The position numbers were made by a program, and so were the translations under genes. The notes beneath the pieces are model-generated. The model did not search any database, had not been told where the DNA came from, and was given only the letters and a program-made list of their open reading frames with translations. Below are positions 1 through 10,141 of a stretch of 60,463 nucleotides of DNA, in pieces. The stretch covers positions 1-60,463 of the forward strand of contig JAKSQQ010000001.1 in assembly GCA_024404015.1 (NCBI GenBank). The letters are read 5' to 3'. This DNA comes from Clostridia bacterium (GTDB lineage: Bacteria > Bacillota > Clostridia > Oscillospirales > Acutalibacteraceae). Each line of letters starts with the position of its first letter. Within the stretch, counting starts at the first letter, position 1.

Positions 1-51
1 CGACCTCCAGGGCCACAACCTGGCACTCTAACCAGCTGAGCTATAACCACC
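1..51 (-). tRNA. tRNA-His (GUG), 3' part truncated by the window edge
   Basis: Reverse complement reads GGTGGTTATAGCTCAGCTGGTTAGAGTG-CCAGG-TT-GTG-GC-CCTGG-AGGTCG: D-arm, 5-bp anticodon stem with GTG anticodon, encoded G-1. Confidence 0.95.
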
Positions 52-83
52 ATAAGTGCCGATATTTCTCACGGCGTTTACAT

Positions 84-112
84 ATTATAATGTAAAACTC
101 TCTGTTTGTCAA
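84..112 (-). promoter_or_regulatory. Sigma-A promoter of tRNA-His
   Basis: Perfect TTGACA (112-107), 17 nt, TATAAT (89-84) on the minus strand. Confidence 0.9.
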
Positions 113-135
113 GTGAATTATATATATTATTTTAT

Positions 136-162
136 AAAAATAAAGCCACCCTTACGGATGGC
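136..162 (-). terminator. Intrinsic terminator overlapping the ftsZ stop codon
   Basis: Minus strand GCCATCC-GTAA-GGGTGGC hairpin followed by TTTATTTTT. Confidence 0.7.
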
Positions 163-1369
163 CTTTTTTATCTTCTTTTTTGTCGTCTTTGATGATATCG
201 TTGATGAGCAGATAGAACTGATCGTCTTCCATTTCATCCTTAGCCGCACCCGGGACCTCTGGACCGCCTTCGCCTTCAAACTTGGGAACTGCTGGAGGAA
301 CGGGAGCACCGGGAGCTGCAGGAGCTTTCTTTGCATTGGGAGCAGCAGGAATATTGGTGATGGGAGCTGCCTTGTAGAAGGGATTGGAAGCGATGGTCTT
401 TGCGGGAGTGTTGATGCTTTCAAATCCGGTTGCAACTACTGTAATAACAAGCTCGTCATCAAGCTCGGGATCAAATACGATACCCCAGGTGATGTTTGCG
501 TCTTCACTTGCGGATTCGGTAATGATTTCAGCTGCTTTTTCGATTTCTTCGATATCAATATCTTCGGAAGCAACGAAGGAAATGATGATTCCCTTTGCGC
601 CTGCGATTGATGTTTCAAGAAGGGGAGAGGAAACTGCTGCCGTAGCGGCCAGAGTTGCCTTGTCCTTGCCCTTTGCCTGACCTACGCCCATGTGAGCATA
701 GCCGGCATCCTTCATGACGCTGGTAACGTCTGCGAAGTCAAGGTTAATGAATCCGGGAACGGTAATCAGCTCGGAAATGCTCTTAACACCCTGAAGGAGA
801 ACCTCATCGGCTGTTGCAAATGCATTTACCGCGGGAGTGGTCTTACTGCCGCCAAGGAGAAGCTTCTGGTTGGGAATAACGATAAGGGAGTCAACGTTCT
901 TAACAAGCTTGTCAATACCGTCAAGAGCTTCCTTCATTCTTCTCTTGCCTTCCCAGTTGAAGGGCTTGGTAACTACACCGATTGTAAGGCAGCCCTCTTC
1001 TTTTGCGATACCTGCGATAATGGGAGCCGCGCCTGTACCTGTGCCGCCGCCCATACCGGTTGTAACGAATACCATATCGGTACCCTTGAGAGCGTCTTTG
1101 ATCTGTTCCTTGCTTTCTTCTGCGGCTGCTGCGCCTACTTCACTCTTACCGCCTGCGCCCTGACCGTGAGTTGTCTTTTCGCCTATCTGGATTTTATGAG
1201 TAGCAGATGACTTGGAAAGTACCTGCTTATCTGTATTTACAGCAATGAATTCAGCACCCTTGATGCCTCTTTCAATCATTCTGTTTACTGCGTTACCGCC
1301 GCCGCCGCCGACGCCGATTACCTTTATCTGAACTGCACTCTCAAACTCGTTATCAATTTCAAATGCCAT
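152..1369 (-). CDS. ftsZ: Cell division protein FtsZ
   Basis: [19 protein letters not shown] tubulin signature, INLDFADV T7 loop; start set at MAFEID behind a GGAGG RBS. Confidence 0.98.
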   Translation of the reverse strand: MAFEIDNEFESAVQIKVIGVGGGGGNAVNRMIERGIKGAEFIAVNTDKQVLSKSSATHKIQIGEKTTHGQGAGGKSEVGAAAAEESKEQIKDALKGTDMVFVTTGMGGGTGTGAAPIIAGIAKEEGCLTIGVVTKPFNWEGKRRMKEALDGIDKLVKNVDSLIVIPNQKLLLGGSKTTPAVNAFATADEVLLQGVKSISELITVPGFINLDFADVTSVMKDAGYAHMGVGQAKGKDKATLAATAAVSSPLLETSIAGAKGIIISFVASEDIDIEEIEKAAEIITESASEDANITWGIVFDPELDDELVITVVATGFESINTPAKTIASNPFYKAAPITNIPAAPNAKKAPAAPGAPVPPAVPKFEGEGGPEVPGAAKDEMEDDQFYLLINDIIKDDKKEDKKGHP

Positions 1370-1410
1370 TATTTTAACCTCCAACAATATTTTTATAATT
1401 ACACGATTTT

Positions 1411-1439
1411 ATATTAACATATCGGGATAATAAATACAA
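1411..1439 (-). promoter_or_regulatory. Possible internal promoter for ftsZ
   Basis: TTGTAT, 17 nt, TAATAT with an extended TG in the AT-rich ftsQ-ftsZ gap. Confidence 0.4.
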
Positions 1440-1456
1440 GTTAATTTTGTGTTAAT

Positions 1457-2398
1457 TTATTGATTTTCTTCAGAAACAAGGGATTCTTCCTCATTTTTTG
1501 AACTATCTTCATCCGTTTGAGCATTTTCTTCCGCTTCTTCCGTCAGACCTTCCATTTTCTCATTGTACTGAATAAGCAGGTCAATGTCCTTGTAATCCTT
1601 GGGAGCAAATACCGCTTTCTTTGATACGGTTACGTTCAATTCTCCGTAGCCCTTGGGAGAAATCTTATTCTCCTCGTCAATGGCTTTCTTTGAGAGAGAA
1701 ATCTTTGAGGACATATTTAAGGTGTCACCCAGGTGAATTATTATTCTGTTGTCATAAATGGCGTATATGCCGTTTATATTGCCTATATCCACCATTGTGA
1801 TATCCGTTATTTCATCGCTTACGGTAGTATCTGCAATTTCAATCAGCGCCTTCTGAATACTGTCATCTCCCACTTTTGCGGAGAATCTCAGCTCGCTTCC
1901 CACCTCGTAGTCGGAGGTGGTCCTGCCCTGTACCAAAATTGCGCCCTTCGGTACTTCAGTGTTTATTTCAAGTACCTTCAGTCTGCCGTTTGTGATTGCG
2001 TATATTCCCTTATTAAGCTCAACCGCAAATACCTCGTCGGATTTGTCTACCGTTAACACAAGAGTCCAGGGAAGCTTTCTTGCCACCTTTACACTGTCAA
2101 TGTAAGGCATTTTTCTTTCCAGTTCCCGTGAAATCTTCTCACTGCTGACTCTGAAGAGATTTTTTCCTTCAAATGATGATAAGGCACCGGCTATTTCCTT
2201 TTCCGTGTAGGGCACGGCTTCTTTATATTTAATGGAAAAATTCTTTATTCTGAACAACAGTCCGTAAACAAGGGAAAATACGATTATGAGCAGTATTGCG
2301 GACACTCCGGATATGACAATCGCTTTTCGTCGCCTGCGGATTTTTTTAATCCTCGGGTCAGGTTCAGGCAAATTCTTTTTTATCTTGATATCTGCCAT
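1457..2398 (-). CDS. ftsQ: Cell division protein FtsQ/DivIB
   Basis: Basic N-terminus, single TM, POTRA-like GKNLF...PYIDSVKVARKLPWTL; lies between murG and ftsZ. Confidence 0.85.
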   Translation of the reverse strand: MADIKIKKNLPEPDPRIKKIRRRRKAIVISGVSAILLIIVFSLVYGLLFRIKNFSIKYKEAVPYTEKEIAGALSSFEGKNLFRVSSEKISRELERKMPYIDSVKVARKLPWTLVLTVDKSDEVFAVELNKGIYAITNGRLKVLEINTEVPKGAILVQGRTTSDYEVGSELRFSAKVGDDSIQKALIEIADTTVSDEITDITMVDIGNINGIYAIYDNRIIIHLGDTLNMSSKISLSKKAIDEENKISPKGYGELNVTVSKKAVFAPKDYKDIDLLIQYNEKMEGLTEEAEENAQTDEDSSKNEEESLVSEENQ

Positions 2399-2412
2399 AG
2401 GATTATCCTCTG

Positions 2413-3537
2413 TTATTTTACTATTTCACAAATTGTCTTGTAAATTCTTTCTGTTGAATCAATTACGGCCATTTTCCGTGCGTTTTTGCCTATCTGTGTA
2501 AGCTTGTCCATATTTGCAAGGAGTTCGTTTACCGTCTGAGTAAGCTTTTCGGAATTAAGGTCTTTTTCTTCGATTATCATTGCGGCATTGTTGTTTACAA
2601 GTGCCATTGCATTGTGATACTGATGATTTTCCGCTACGTAGGGGGAGGGGATAAGGATTGATGCCTTACCCGTTGCCTGCAGTTCACTCAGAGTGCTTGC
2701 ACCGGAGCGGCAGATTACAAGGTCTGCGGCAGGCAGATATTTGGGAATGTCAATGTATTCGGTAATGATGATGTTCTTATGCTCGCTGAGTTTGATTCCG
2801 TCATTTTCCAGCTTCTGAGCAAAGTCCGTTCCGTTTTTGCCCGTTGCATGAAGGAAAATACAATCGTTGTCGTTGCATTTGTTTTTTATAAGTCCGTAAA
2901 CGGCATCGTTGATTGGTTTTGCGCCCAGCGAGCCGCCCATGGAAAGAATGAGGGGCTTTCCTTCAAATCCCAGTTCTGCTCTGGCACTTACACCGTCACC
3001 CTTGAGCAGGTCGCCTCTTACGGGAAGTCCGGTGACCGTAACGGGATTTTTCGGCTTCATGTATTGCTCTGCCTTTTCGCTTGTGAGCATTACTCTGTCA
3101 ACCTTGCCTGCAAGCGCTTTGTTTGTAACACCGGGAAAGGCATTCTGCTCATGGATGGCTGTGGGAATTCCCATCTTTGCCGCCATTCTCAATACGGGGC
3201 CGCTTACGTATCCGCCGAATCCGATTACAAGGTCCGGCTTGAAATCCTTTATGATTTTCTTTACTGCCGATGAGGAGCGAAGCAGAAGCCATAAGGTTTT
3301 CAGATTATGCTTTATGTCTTCCCATTTGAAGGAACGGTAAAAGCCCTGGATTTTGATTGTACGAAGCTCGAATCCTGCTTGGGGTACAAGCTTTGATTCC
3401 ATCTTTTCCGCAGTACCTACAAATACGATTTCCGCCGAGGGATTTTTTTCTTTTATATAACCCGCAGTGCCCAGAGCAGGGTTGATGTGTCCGCCCGTTC
3501 CGCCTGCGGCAATGAGAATTCTTTTGTTGTCAAGCAT
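2413..3537 (-). CDS. murG: Lipid II GlcNAc transferase MurG
   Basis: GGTGGHINP, HEQN, GGSLGA, RSGAST and HQYHNA motifs; start set at MLDNKR. Confidence 0.97.
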   Translation of the reverse strand: MLDNKRILIAAGGTGGHINPALGTAGYIKEKNPSAEIVFVGTAEKMESKLVPQAGFELRTIKIQGFYRSFKWEDIKHNLKTLWLLLRSSSAVKKIIKDFKPDLVIGFGGYVSGPVLRMAAKMGIPTAIHEQNAFPGVTNKALAGKVDRVMLTSEKAEQYMKPKNPVTVTGLPVRGDLLKGDGVSARAELGFEGKPLILSMGGSLGAKPINDAVYGLIKNKCNDNDCIFLHATGKNGTDFAQKLENDGIKLSEHKNIIITEYIDIPKYLPAADLVICRSGASTLSELQATGKASILIPSPYVAENHQYHNAMALVNNNAAMIIEEKDLNSEKLTQTVNELLANMDKLTQIGKNARKMAVIDSTERIYKTICEIVK

Positions 3538-4783
3538 GTTTCTTAACCCCCTTGGTATTTTTAACGTCCTTTGAAACCGCAAGCACAAGTCCCATGCTTG
3601 CAAGGGTAAATACCATTGATGAACCGCCGCTGCTTACGAAGGGAAGACTGATTCCCGTGTTGGGAAGCAGGGAGGTTGCAACCGATATATTGATAAGCAC
3701 CTGAAGTGCCATCTGTGTGCTGATACCAAGTACAATCAATGCGCCGTAATAGGATTTGCTCTTTGTTGCTATATAGAATCCGCGTCCTACGAGTAATGCG
3801 TAGATACCCATTATCAGTACGGAGCCGATGAAGCCGAATTCTTCGCCGATTACAGCGAATACGAAGTCGTTTGATGCCTCCTGCAGGTTGCTTATCTTCT
3901 GACCCGAGTTGCCGTATCCCGCACCGGTGAGTCCCCCGGAGCCGATACCGTAAATGGACTGAAGTACCTGACGGGCATTATTCAGCTTTTCTTTTGCGGT
4001 AATTGTTTCGCTGTTGAAAAGTACCTTTTTCCAGATTACTATTCTGTCTACCTGATAGTCGTGAATGAGGGGGAGCTGTTTAAGCCATTCCGGCTTGAGA
4101 ACGATGATTGTTGCCCCCGCGATTGCAATGACCGTCAGTATCGTAAACCATTTTCTTGATAAATCCGCATACCACATCATTGCGTATCCGATACAAAGGA
4201 AAAGAATACATCCTGAAAGATGGCTTTCCATCAAAACAAGCAGGGCGTAGACAACCGTAATTGCAAGGAATGCTTTGAATGCCGACGGCTTGTCTTTTTT
4301 GCTTTTGTATTTATCAATAAGATATGCGAGAAACATTACAAAAGTAACCTTTGCGATTTCGGAGGGCTGAAAAAGCTTTCCGAAAAACCATCTGTGAGTA
4401 CCCGCAACCTCCGGGGCGGCAAATACCACGAATAACAGTATGGTGGAGATAAGCATTGCCGCGTTTGAGAGCTGCTTTATCGCTTCCACGTTAAGCTGTG
4501 AAATCACAACCATGATTATAAGACCCATAATTGCGAATATCAGTTGCTTGGAGGTCTTGTAGCTGGCGGAATACTGCATTGACAGTCCCATTACAGTTAG
4601 TGCAAATACGACTATGCAGTAGGTAACATCAAAAAGACCGAATTTGAAAAGGGATTTAGGGGAAAGTAAAACCTTAAGACCGCTGAAGCTTTGCTTTAAT
4701 TCGGGAAGTACGAATTCCTTAAAACGCTGCATAAAAACGTTCCATATGCTTTCTCGCTGTACTCTGTTCTGTTCCTCTGTCAT
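3530..4783 (-). CDS. ftsW: SEDS family peptidoglycan polymerase FtsW/SpoVE
   Basis: Multi-TM protein with FQPSEIAK, DFVFAVIGEEFG and TGISLPFVSSGGSS motifs. Confidence 0.9.
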   Translation of the reverse strand: MTEEQNRVQRESIWNVFMQRFKEFVLPELKQSFSGLKVLLSPKSLFKFGLFDVTYCIVVFALTVMGLSMQYSASYKTSKQLIFAIMGLIIMVVISQLNVEAIKQLSNAAMLISTILLFVVFAAPEVAGTHRWFFGKLFQPSEIAKVTFVMFLAYLIDKYKSKKDKPSAFKAFLAITVVYALLVLMESHLSGCILFLCIGYAMMWYADLSRKWFTILTVIAIAGATIIVLKPEWLKQLPLIHDYQVDRIVIWKKVLFNSETITAKEKLNNARQVLQSIYGIGSGGLTGAGYGNSGQKISNLQEASNDFVFAVIGEEFGFIGSVLIMGIYALLVGRGFYIATKSKSYYGALIVLGISTQMALQVLINISVATSLLPNTGISLPFVSSGGSSMVFTLASMGLVLAVSKDVKNTKGVKKHA

Positions 4784-4817
4784 ATCTGCACCTCCTTTGA
4801 CGGATTATGGGGGAGTA

Positions 4818-6188
4818 TTATTCATTCATCTCTTCAAGTCTGTCATATACGCCGTATATGACCTCTTCGAGCTTCATTCCTCTGCTTGCCTTGAAAAGTA
4901 CCGTGTCGCCCTCTTTGAGAATTGATGAGAGCTCGTTTATGAGAGCGGATTTGTTCGTAAATGAACGCACGTCCTTAATTCCGTTCTCTCTGCCGCTTTC
5001 TGCGGTGAATTTTGCTCTTTCACCGTAGGTGAAGAGTATATCAACGTTATGGTCTGCGGCGTATTTACCCACAAGTCTGTGAGCCGTTTCGCTGTAATCT
5101 CCCAGCTCAAGCATATCGCCGGTTACCGCAATCCTTCTTTTTGCGTTAAGTCCTCCGAGAACTGCCATTGCGGCGGCCTGGGAGTCGGGACTTGCATTAT
5201 AGCAGTCTTCAATAAAGGTAATGCCGTTTTTCTTTGTCATTTTCTGACGCATTCCCGTTGCTTTATATTGCTTCAGTGCCTCAAGGGCGGTTTTTGCGTC
5301 GATTCCGAAGAAACTGCCTGCGGCTGTTGCCGCAAGAGCATTGTAGATGTTGTGGCGGCCCGTAAAGGGTAGGCATGCCTTTACAGTGCCGTCACGGAAA
5401 CTGCATTCAAAGCTTGCAGTCTCGTCATCTGTGGAGGTAATTGAAAGCGCTTTGTAAGCGCAGTTATCATTCTGAAGTCCGTAGTAGGTTACGGGATGCT
5501 TTCCCGTATCCGCTTTTGAAAGCATGTCGTCGTCACCGTTGAATATAACGGGAGCGTCCTCCTTCATGCCTTCGAGTATTTCAAGCTTGGCTTTGAGTAT
5601 TCCTTCTCTTGAGCCGAGATTTTCAATATGTGATACGCCTATATTTGATATGATTGCCACGTCGGGCTTAACGATGGCGGTCATTCTTGATATTTCGCCG
5701 AATCCGCTCATTCCCATTTCGATTACTGCCGCCTCGTGGTGCTTCTCAAGTCTGAAAAGGGTGAGGGGAACGCCTATTTCATTGTTTCTGTTACCTTCGT
5801 TTTTAAGAGTGTCGTATTTTGAACTCATTACAAGGTAGGTCATTTCCTTTGTGGTTGTCTTGCCTACCGAGCCGGTAACGCCGATTACGGGAATGTTGAA
5901 AAAAGATCTGTAATATCCCGCAAGCTGAAGCAAAGCCGTTCTCGTGTCTTCTACGATTATTTGTCTGTCACCGAGTCCGCAGTCCCTTTCCACCATGACA
6001 CAGCTTGCACCGTCTTCAATGGCTTTGGGAGCGAAATCGTTTCCGTCAAAATTCTCACCTTTAAGGGCTATGAAAAGACACCCGGGGATGATCTGTCTTG
6101 AATCGGTACATACATTGTCAAAGGTGCCTTCAAGCAGTGATGCGGAGCTGACTGCCTTTGCGGCATCCTTAAATGATATAGGTGTCAT
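4818..6188 (-). CDS. murF: UDP-MurNAc-tripeptide--D-Ala-D-Ala ligase
   Basis: TGSVGKTTTKE, NNEIGVP, DCYNASPDS, GDMLELG, KASRGMKLE. Confidence 0.96.
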   Translation of the reverse strand: MTPISFKDAAKAVSSASLLEGTFDNVCTDSRQIIPGCLFIALKGENFDGNDFAPKAIEDGASCVMVERDCGLGDRQIIVEDTRTALLQLAGYYRSFFNIPVIGVTGSVGKTTTKEMTYLVMSSKYDTLKNEGNRNNEIGVPLTLFRLEKHHEAAVIEMGMSGFGEISRMTAIVKPDVAIISNIGVSHIENLGSREGILKAKLEILEGMKEDAPVIFNGDDDMLSKADTGKHPVTYYGLQNDNCAYKALSITSTDDETASFECSFRDGTVKACLPFTGRHNIYNALAATAAGSFFGIDAKTALEALKQYKATGMRQKMTKKNGITFIEDCYNASPDSQAAAMAVLGGLNAKRRIAVTGDMLELGDYSETAHRLVGKYAADHNVDILFTYGERAKFTAESGRENGIKDVRSFTNKSALINELSSILKEGDTVLFKASRGMKLEEVIYGVYDRLEEMNE

Positions 6189-6197
6189 TGATTTGCC

Positions 6198-7628
6198 TCA
6201 TTTCAATATTTCTGCAACGATTTCTCTTTCATCGTAGTGAATTTTTCCCGTTGAAAGTATCTGATAGGTTTCGTGACCTTTGCCTGCAAGCAGTATGATA
6301 TCGTTTTCGGATGCAAGTGATATTGCTTTTCTGATTGCCTGAGTGCGGTCAATTTCAACGTATACCGTTGATTTATGTCCCTTGGGTACTCCTGCGGTTA
6401 TATCGTCGATAATCGCCTTGGGGTCTTCCGAGCGGGGATTATCCGAGGTGATTATTGCTATATCAGAGAGTGAAGCACCGATTTCACCCATAATGGGGCG
6501 CTTTGTCTTATCTCTGTCACCGCCGCAGCCGAATACGGCTATTACCTTGCCCTCGGCAACGGATTTAAGTGATTTGAGTACGTTCTCAAGACCGTCGGGA
6601 GTGTGAGCGTAGTCAATGATGACCGTGTAGGGCTTGTCAAGCTTGAGTGTTTCCATTCTGCCGGGAATACCCGAGCAGGAGGAGATTGCCTCTGCCGTTT
6701 CTCTGAAATCCATTCCGAGCTCAATGAGACATACCGCCGCGCCCATTGAATTGTAAACGCTGAATTCTCCGGGAACGCGGAACGAAATTCTGCCTATATT
6801 ACTGTCCGAAACTATTTCGTATTTTACGCCGGATGCCTTTGAGCGGATATCCTTTGCGGAATAGTTGCAGTTATTGTCCGAAAGGGAGTAGGTTACGTTC
6901 CGGCAGGCACTGTTATTCATCATATATTCGCTCGCATCATCGTCAATATTGAAAATGCCGGTGTCGGAGTTTTCAAAGAGAATATGCTTTGCCGCCATAT
7001 AATTTTCAAATGTTCCGTGGTAATCAAGATGATCTTGGGTAAGATTGGTGAAAACCGCCGCATCATAGTGGATACCGGCAACTCTCTGTTGATGGAGTGC
7101 CTGGGAGGAAACCTCCATTACACAGTATTCACAGCCGGATTTTACCATTTCGTCAAAGAGACCGAATAATTCGTTGGGGTCGGGGGTGGTAAGAGAGGCG
7201 GGGAGTATTCTGTCTCCCGTACAGTTCTGAACCGTGCCTATCATACCTGTTTTGTGACCGAGCTTTTCCAGAGCTTCCCTGATGATAAAAGCGGTGGTTG
7301 TCTTTCCGTTGGTACCCGTAATGCCGATGAGCTTCAGCTTTCTTTCGGGATGTGACGAAAATGCGGAGCAGAGCAGAGTGTATGCCTTTCTCGTATCGTC
7401 AACTATAAGCTGATTTTCAAGTCCCATATCGTGGTTTACAACTACTGCAGCCGCACCGGATTCAAGTGCTTCTGCGGCTTTTGTATGACCGTCAAAACGG
7501 GCTCCTTTTATGCACACGAATATACATCCCCGGCAAATCTTTGCGGAATTGTCCGTGATGCAGGTAACCTCTCTGTCGGTGACGGGAGCGGTAATATTAA
7601 GTTCGGCAATAAGTGCGGAAAGTTTCAT
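6198..7628 (-). CDS. murE: UDP-MurNAc-dipeptide--diaminopimelate ligase
   Basis: TGTNGKTT, MEVSS, TNLTQDHLDYH, DYAHTPD, GCGGDRD; DNPR motif indicates mDAP specificity. Confidence 0.97.
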   Translation of the reverse strand: MKLSALIAELNITAPVTDREVTCITDNSAKICRGCIFVCIKGARFDGHTKAAEALESGAAAVVVNHDMGLENQLIVDDTRKAYTLLCSAFSSHPERKLKLIGITGTNGKTTTAFIIREALEKLGHKTGMIGTVQNCTGDRILPASLTTPDPNELFGLFDEMVKSGCEYCVMEVSSQALHQQRVAGIHYDAAVFTNLTQDHLDYHGTFENYMAAKHILFENSDTGIFNIDDDASEYMMNNSACRNVTYSLSDNNCNYSAKDIRSKASGVKYEIVSDSNIGRISFRVPGEFSVYNSMGAAVCLIELGMDFRETAEAISSCSGIPGRMETLKLDKPYTVIIDYAHTPDGLENVLKSLKSVAEGKVIAVFGCGGDRDKTKRPIMGEIGASLSDIAIITSDNPRSEDPKAIIDDITAGVPKGHKSTVYVEIDRTQAIRKAISLASENDIILLAGKGHETYQILSTGKIHYDEREIVAEILK

Positions 7629-7649
7629 TTTGTCCTCCGGAGCAGGAGA

Positions 7650-10052
7650 TTATTCATCCGTGCTGTCGCCTATATTCTCATAGGTCTTGAAATATACTTT
7701 GATTATTGTGCCGTATTCAACCGATTCACCCGGTTGTATGCTCTGGTCGTAGGAGATTACTCCGCCGCCGGAGCCGCCTGTGATTTCAACGTTTATGCCT
7801 TCTGATGCGGCATAACGCTTGACTGCGTTTTCACTCATACCTCTTAAATCGGGTACGGTTATTTTAAGGATATCTTCTTCCTTGTCTGTTGTATAAAGGG
7901 CTATTACGCCGTCCTTGGGAATCGTCTGACCGCTCATGGGATTCTGGCTGATAACGGTATCGCCGTCACCGATTACTCTGACGCTGAATCCTTTCTCTCT
8001 CAATGATGAGGAAGCGGTTTCCGCGTTCTGACCGATAACGCCGGGAGTGGTGGTGTTAAGCTTTGAAAGCTCTTCCTCCGTGTACTGTCTTTCAACGCCG
8101 AGATATTCGAGGGATGCCTCCATTATCTTTGACGCCGCGGGAGCACATACTACGGAGCCGTTCATGTCGTTCTTGGGCTCGTCTGCAATGATAAGCAGAG
8201 CGATTTCGGGGTCATCTGCAGGAGCAAAGCAGGAGAAGGAAGCGATGTAAGTACCTCTTACCTGGTATTTCTGTGTCGTACCTGTTTTACCTGCGATTCT
8301 GTAGCCGGAAACGTAACCGTTACGGCCGGTGCCGGATTTACATACGTCTTCCATCATGGAAGCGACCTCAGCGGCTGTTTCCTTGCTGATTACCTGCCTC
8401 TTTTCACGGGGAGCAGTCTTTTTGATAACGTTTCCGTTGGCGTCAAGCTGTTCTTCCACAAGATAGGGCTGCATAAGTTTACCGCCGTTTGCAATGCAGG
8501 ATACTGCGGTGATGACCTGGATGGGAGTTACGCTGAAGGTCTGACCGAAGGATTCACTGGAAAGAGAAACGTTGGTAAGCTGTGTATCGTCGTAATAAAT
8601 GGGATTTGCTTCTTCAAGACTTTCCACGCCTGTTTTCTCCGTGAATCCGAATGCCTTGAAGTATTCAAAGAATTTTTCTTTTCCGAGAGTAAGACCGAGC
8701 TTTACAAAGAAGGGGTTGCAGGAATTCATCAGACCGTGACGAAGGTCCTGAAAGCCGTGAGCCGCACTGTGGCAGTTGAATATTCTGTCTTCAACAGAGA
8801 TTGAACCGTTACAGCAGTATGTGTAATCGGGAGAGAGTATATTCTCTTCAATAGCGGCGGCAGTAAGGAAAATTTTGAATACCGAGCCGGGATGATAGGT
8901 TTCGGAGAATACGTAGTTGTTCCACTGCTCAAGCATATAGTAATAATTGAGCTTTTTGGTGTGGAGCTCTATTCTTTTTTCTCTCTCTTCCGTTGATTTT
9001 ATTTCGTTTATTGCTTCGTCGCCTTCCTCGGTACCGCCGAGATAATGCTCAAGGGCCGAGAAATCGTCGTTTTCAACTGCCCGGTCAACCTTTTTCTTGT
9101 AGAAGCCGTTGACCTCACGGGGATTGGTAAGGTCGTAGCCGCCTTTATAGCCAACGGAATCCATTGCCAGAATAGCACCGGTTTTGACGTTCATCATAAT
9201 GCCGTAGGCACCCAGAGAATCACTGCTTTCATATACGTATTTGACGTTTGTGTCAAGTATATTCTGCAGGTTTTCGTCAATAGTCAGCTTTAAGCTTGTG
9301 CCGTTGATTGCTTCGTTTACCGTACTGTTGTCCGAGTCAATATTTGTACCGTATGAGGTAATTCTGCCGTCAGTACCCGAGAGAACGGAATTGTAATATC
9401 TCTCTATGCCGGCAACGCCGTTTCCTTCGTTATCAACGGAGCCGATAACCGAGGAGGCAAATTCACCGAGAGGATAGTATCTCTTGCTGTCATTTTCAAG
9501 ACCGATAACGTCCTTGTATTTGTATGTCTTTGAGGTTGTCTTACCCTCGTCATCGGTAATGTGAATTGTATATTTTCTGTGGTAAAGGCAGGTGTCGTTG
9601 GGGTCTTTTCCGTCACCGCCGCAGTAAATCAGCTTCTTTTCGGGAAGCTCAATCTTTGCTTTTACGTCTTTTTTGTGAGCAATAATCAGTTCATCCGAAT
9701 CGGGGTCAACGTCAACCTCGGTGATTTCCATCAGCTCATTGCAGTCAAGGCCGAGTGTGTCTGCGATATCGGAGCATACCTTTTCTCTGAATTCCTCATT
9801 CTGAAATTCTTCGGGAATAACATACATCTTCCAGGTTTTGGCACTTTGTGCAAGAACTGTGCCGTTGGCATCGTAAATCGTACCTCTCAGTGCGGGGACG
9901 ATTTCATCTGACCATTGGGCGTAGGTGGCGCTTCTCTTATATTTATCCGCGTTGATAACCTGTATGTTTATCAGCCGCAGAATAACAATGAATGTGATGG
10001 CACAAAGGACAAGACCTGCAAGCTTGATATTTTTGTTCAGTTTTGCCTTCAT
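7650..10052 (-). CDS. Class B penicillin-binding protein (FtsI/SpoVD-like) with two PASTA domains
   Basis: N-terminal TM, RGTIYDANG, SxxK (GSVFK), SCN, KTGT, two C-terminal PASTA-like repeats. Confidence 0.92.
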   Translation of the reverse strand: MKAKLNKNIKLAGLVLCAITFIVILRLINIQVINADKYKRSATYAQWSDEIVPALRGTIYDANGTVLAQSAKTWKMYVIPEEFQNEEFREKVCSDIADTLGLDCNELMEITEVDVDPDSDELIIAHKKDVKAKIELPEKKLIYCGGDGKDPNDTCLYHRKYTIHITDDEGKTTSKTYKYKDVIGLENDSKRYYPLGEFASSVIGSVDNEGNGVAGIERYYNSVLSGTDGRITSYGTNIDSDNSTVNEAINGTSLKLTIDENLQNILDTNVKYVYESSDSLGAYGIMMNVKTGAILAMDSVGYKGGYDLTNPREVNGFYKKKVDRAVENDDFSALEHYLGGTEEGDEAINEIKSTEEREKRIELHTKKLNYYYMLEQWNNYVFSETYHPGSVFKIFLTAAAIEENILSPDYTYCCNGSISVEDRIFNCHSAAHGFQDLRHGLMNSCNPFFVKLGLTLGKEKFFEYFKAFGFTEKTGVESLEEANPIYYDDTQLTNVSLSSESFGQTFSVTPIQVITAVSCIANGGKLMQPYLVEEQLDANGNVIKKTAPREKRQVISKETAAEVASMMEDVCKSGTGRNGYVSGYRIAGKTGTTQKYQVRGTYIASFSCFAPADDPEIALLIIADEPKNDMNGSVVCAPAASKIMEASLEYLGVERQYTEEELSKLNTTTPGVIGQNAETASSSLREKGFSVRVIGDGDTVISQNPMSGQTIPKDGVIALYTTDKEEDILKITVPDLRGMSENAVKRYAASEGINVEITGGSGGGVISYDQSIQPGESVEYGTIIKVYFKTYENIGDSTDE

Positions 10053-10141
10053 CCGTCACATCCTCCTTTATGACAAAATATGCTGTCCCAATTTTGTTGA
10101 GACAGCATTGTCGCGAGCTTAGCTATACTCACGTATATGCA

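Noticed and set aside
51-51. Extra G at the 5' end of tRNA-His
   Set aside because: An encoded G-1 is standard for bacterial tRNA-His.
10053-10141. Hairpin (ATGCTGTC/GACAGCAT) and CATA-type words before the PBP gene as a sporulation sigma promoter
   Set aside because: Matches are too short and degenerate to support without TSS data.
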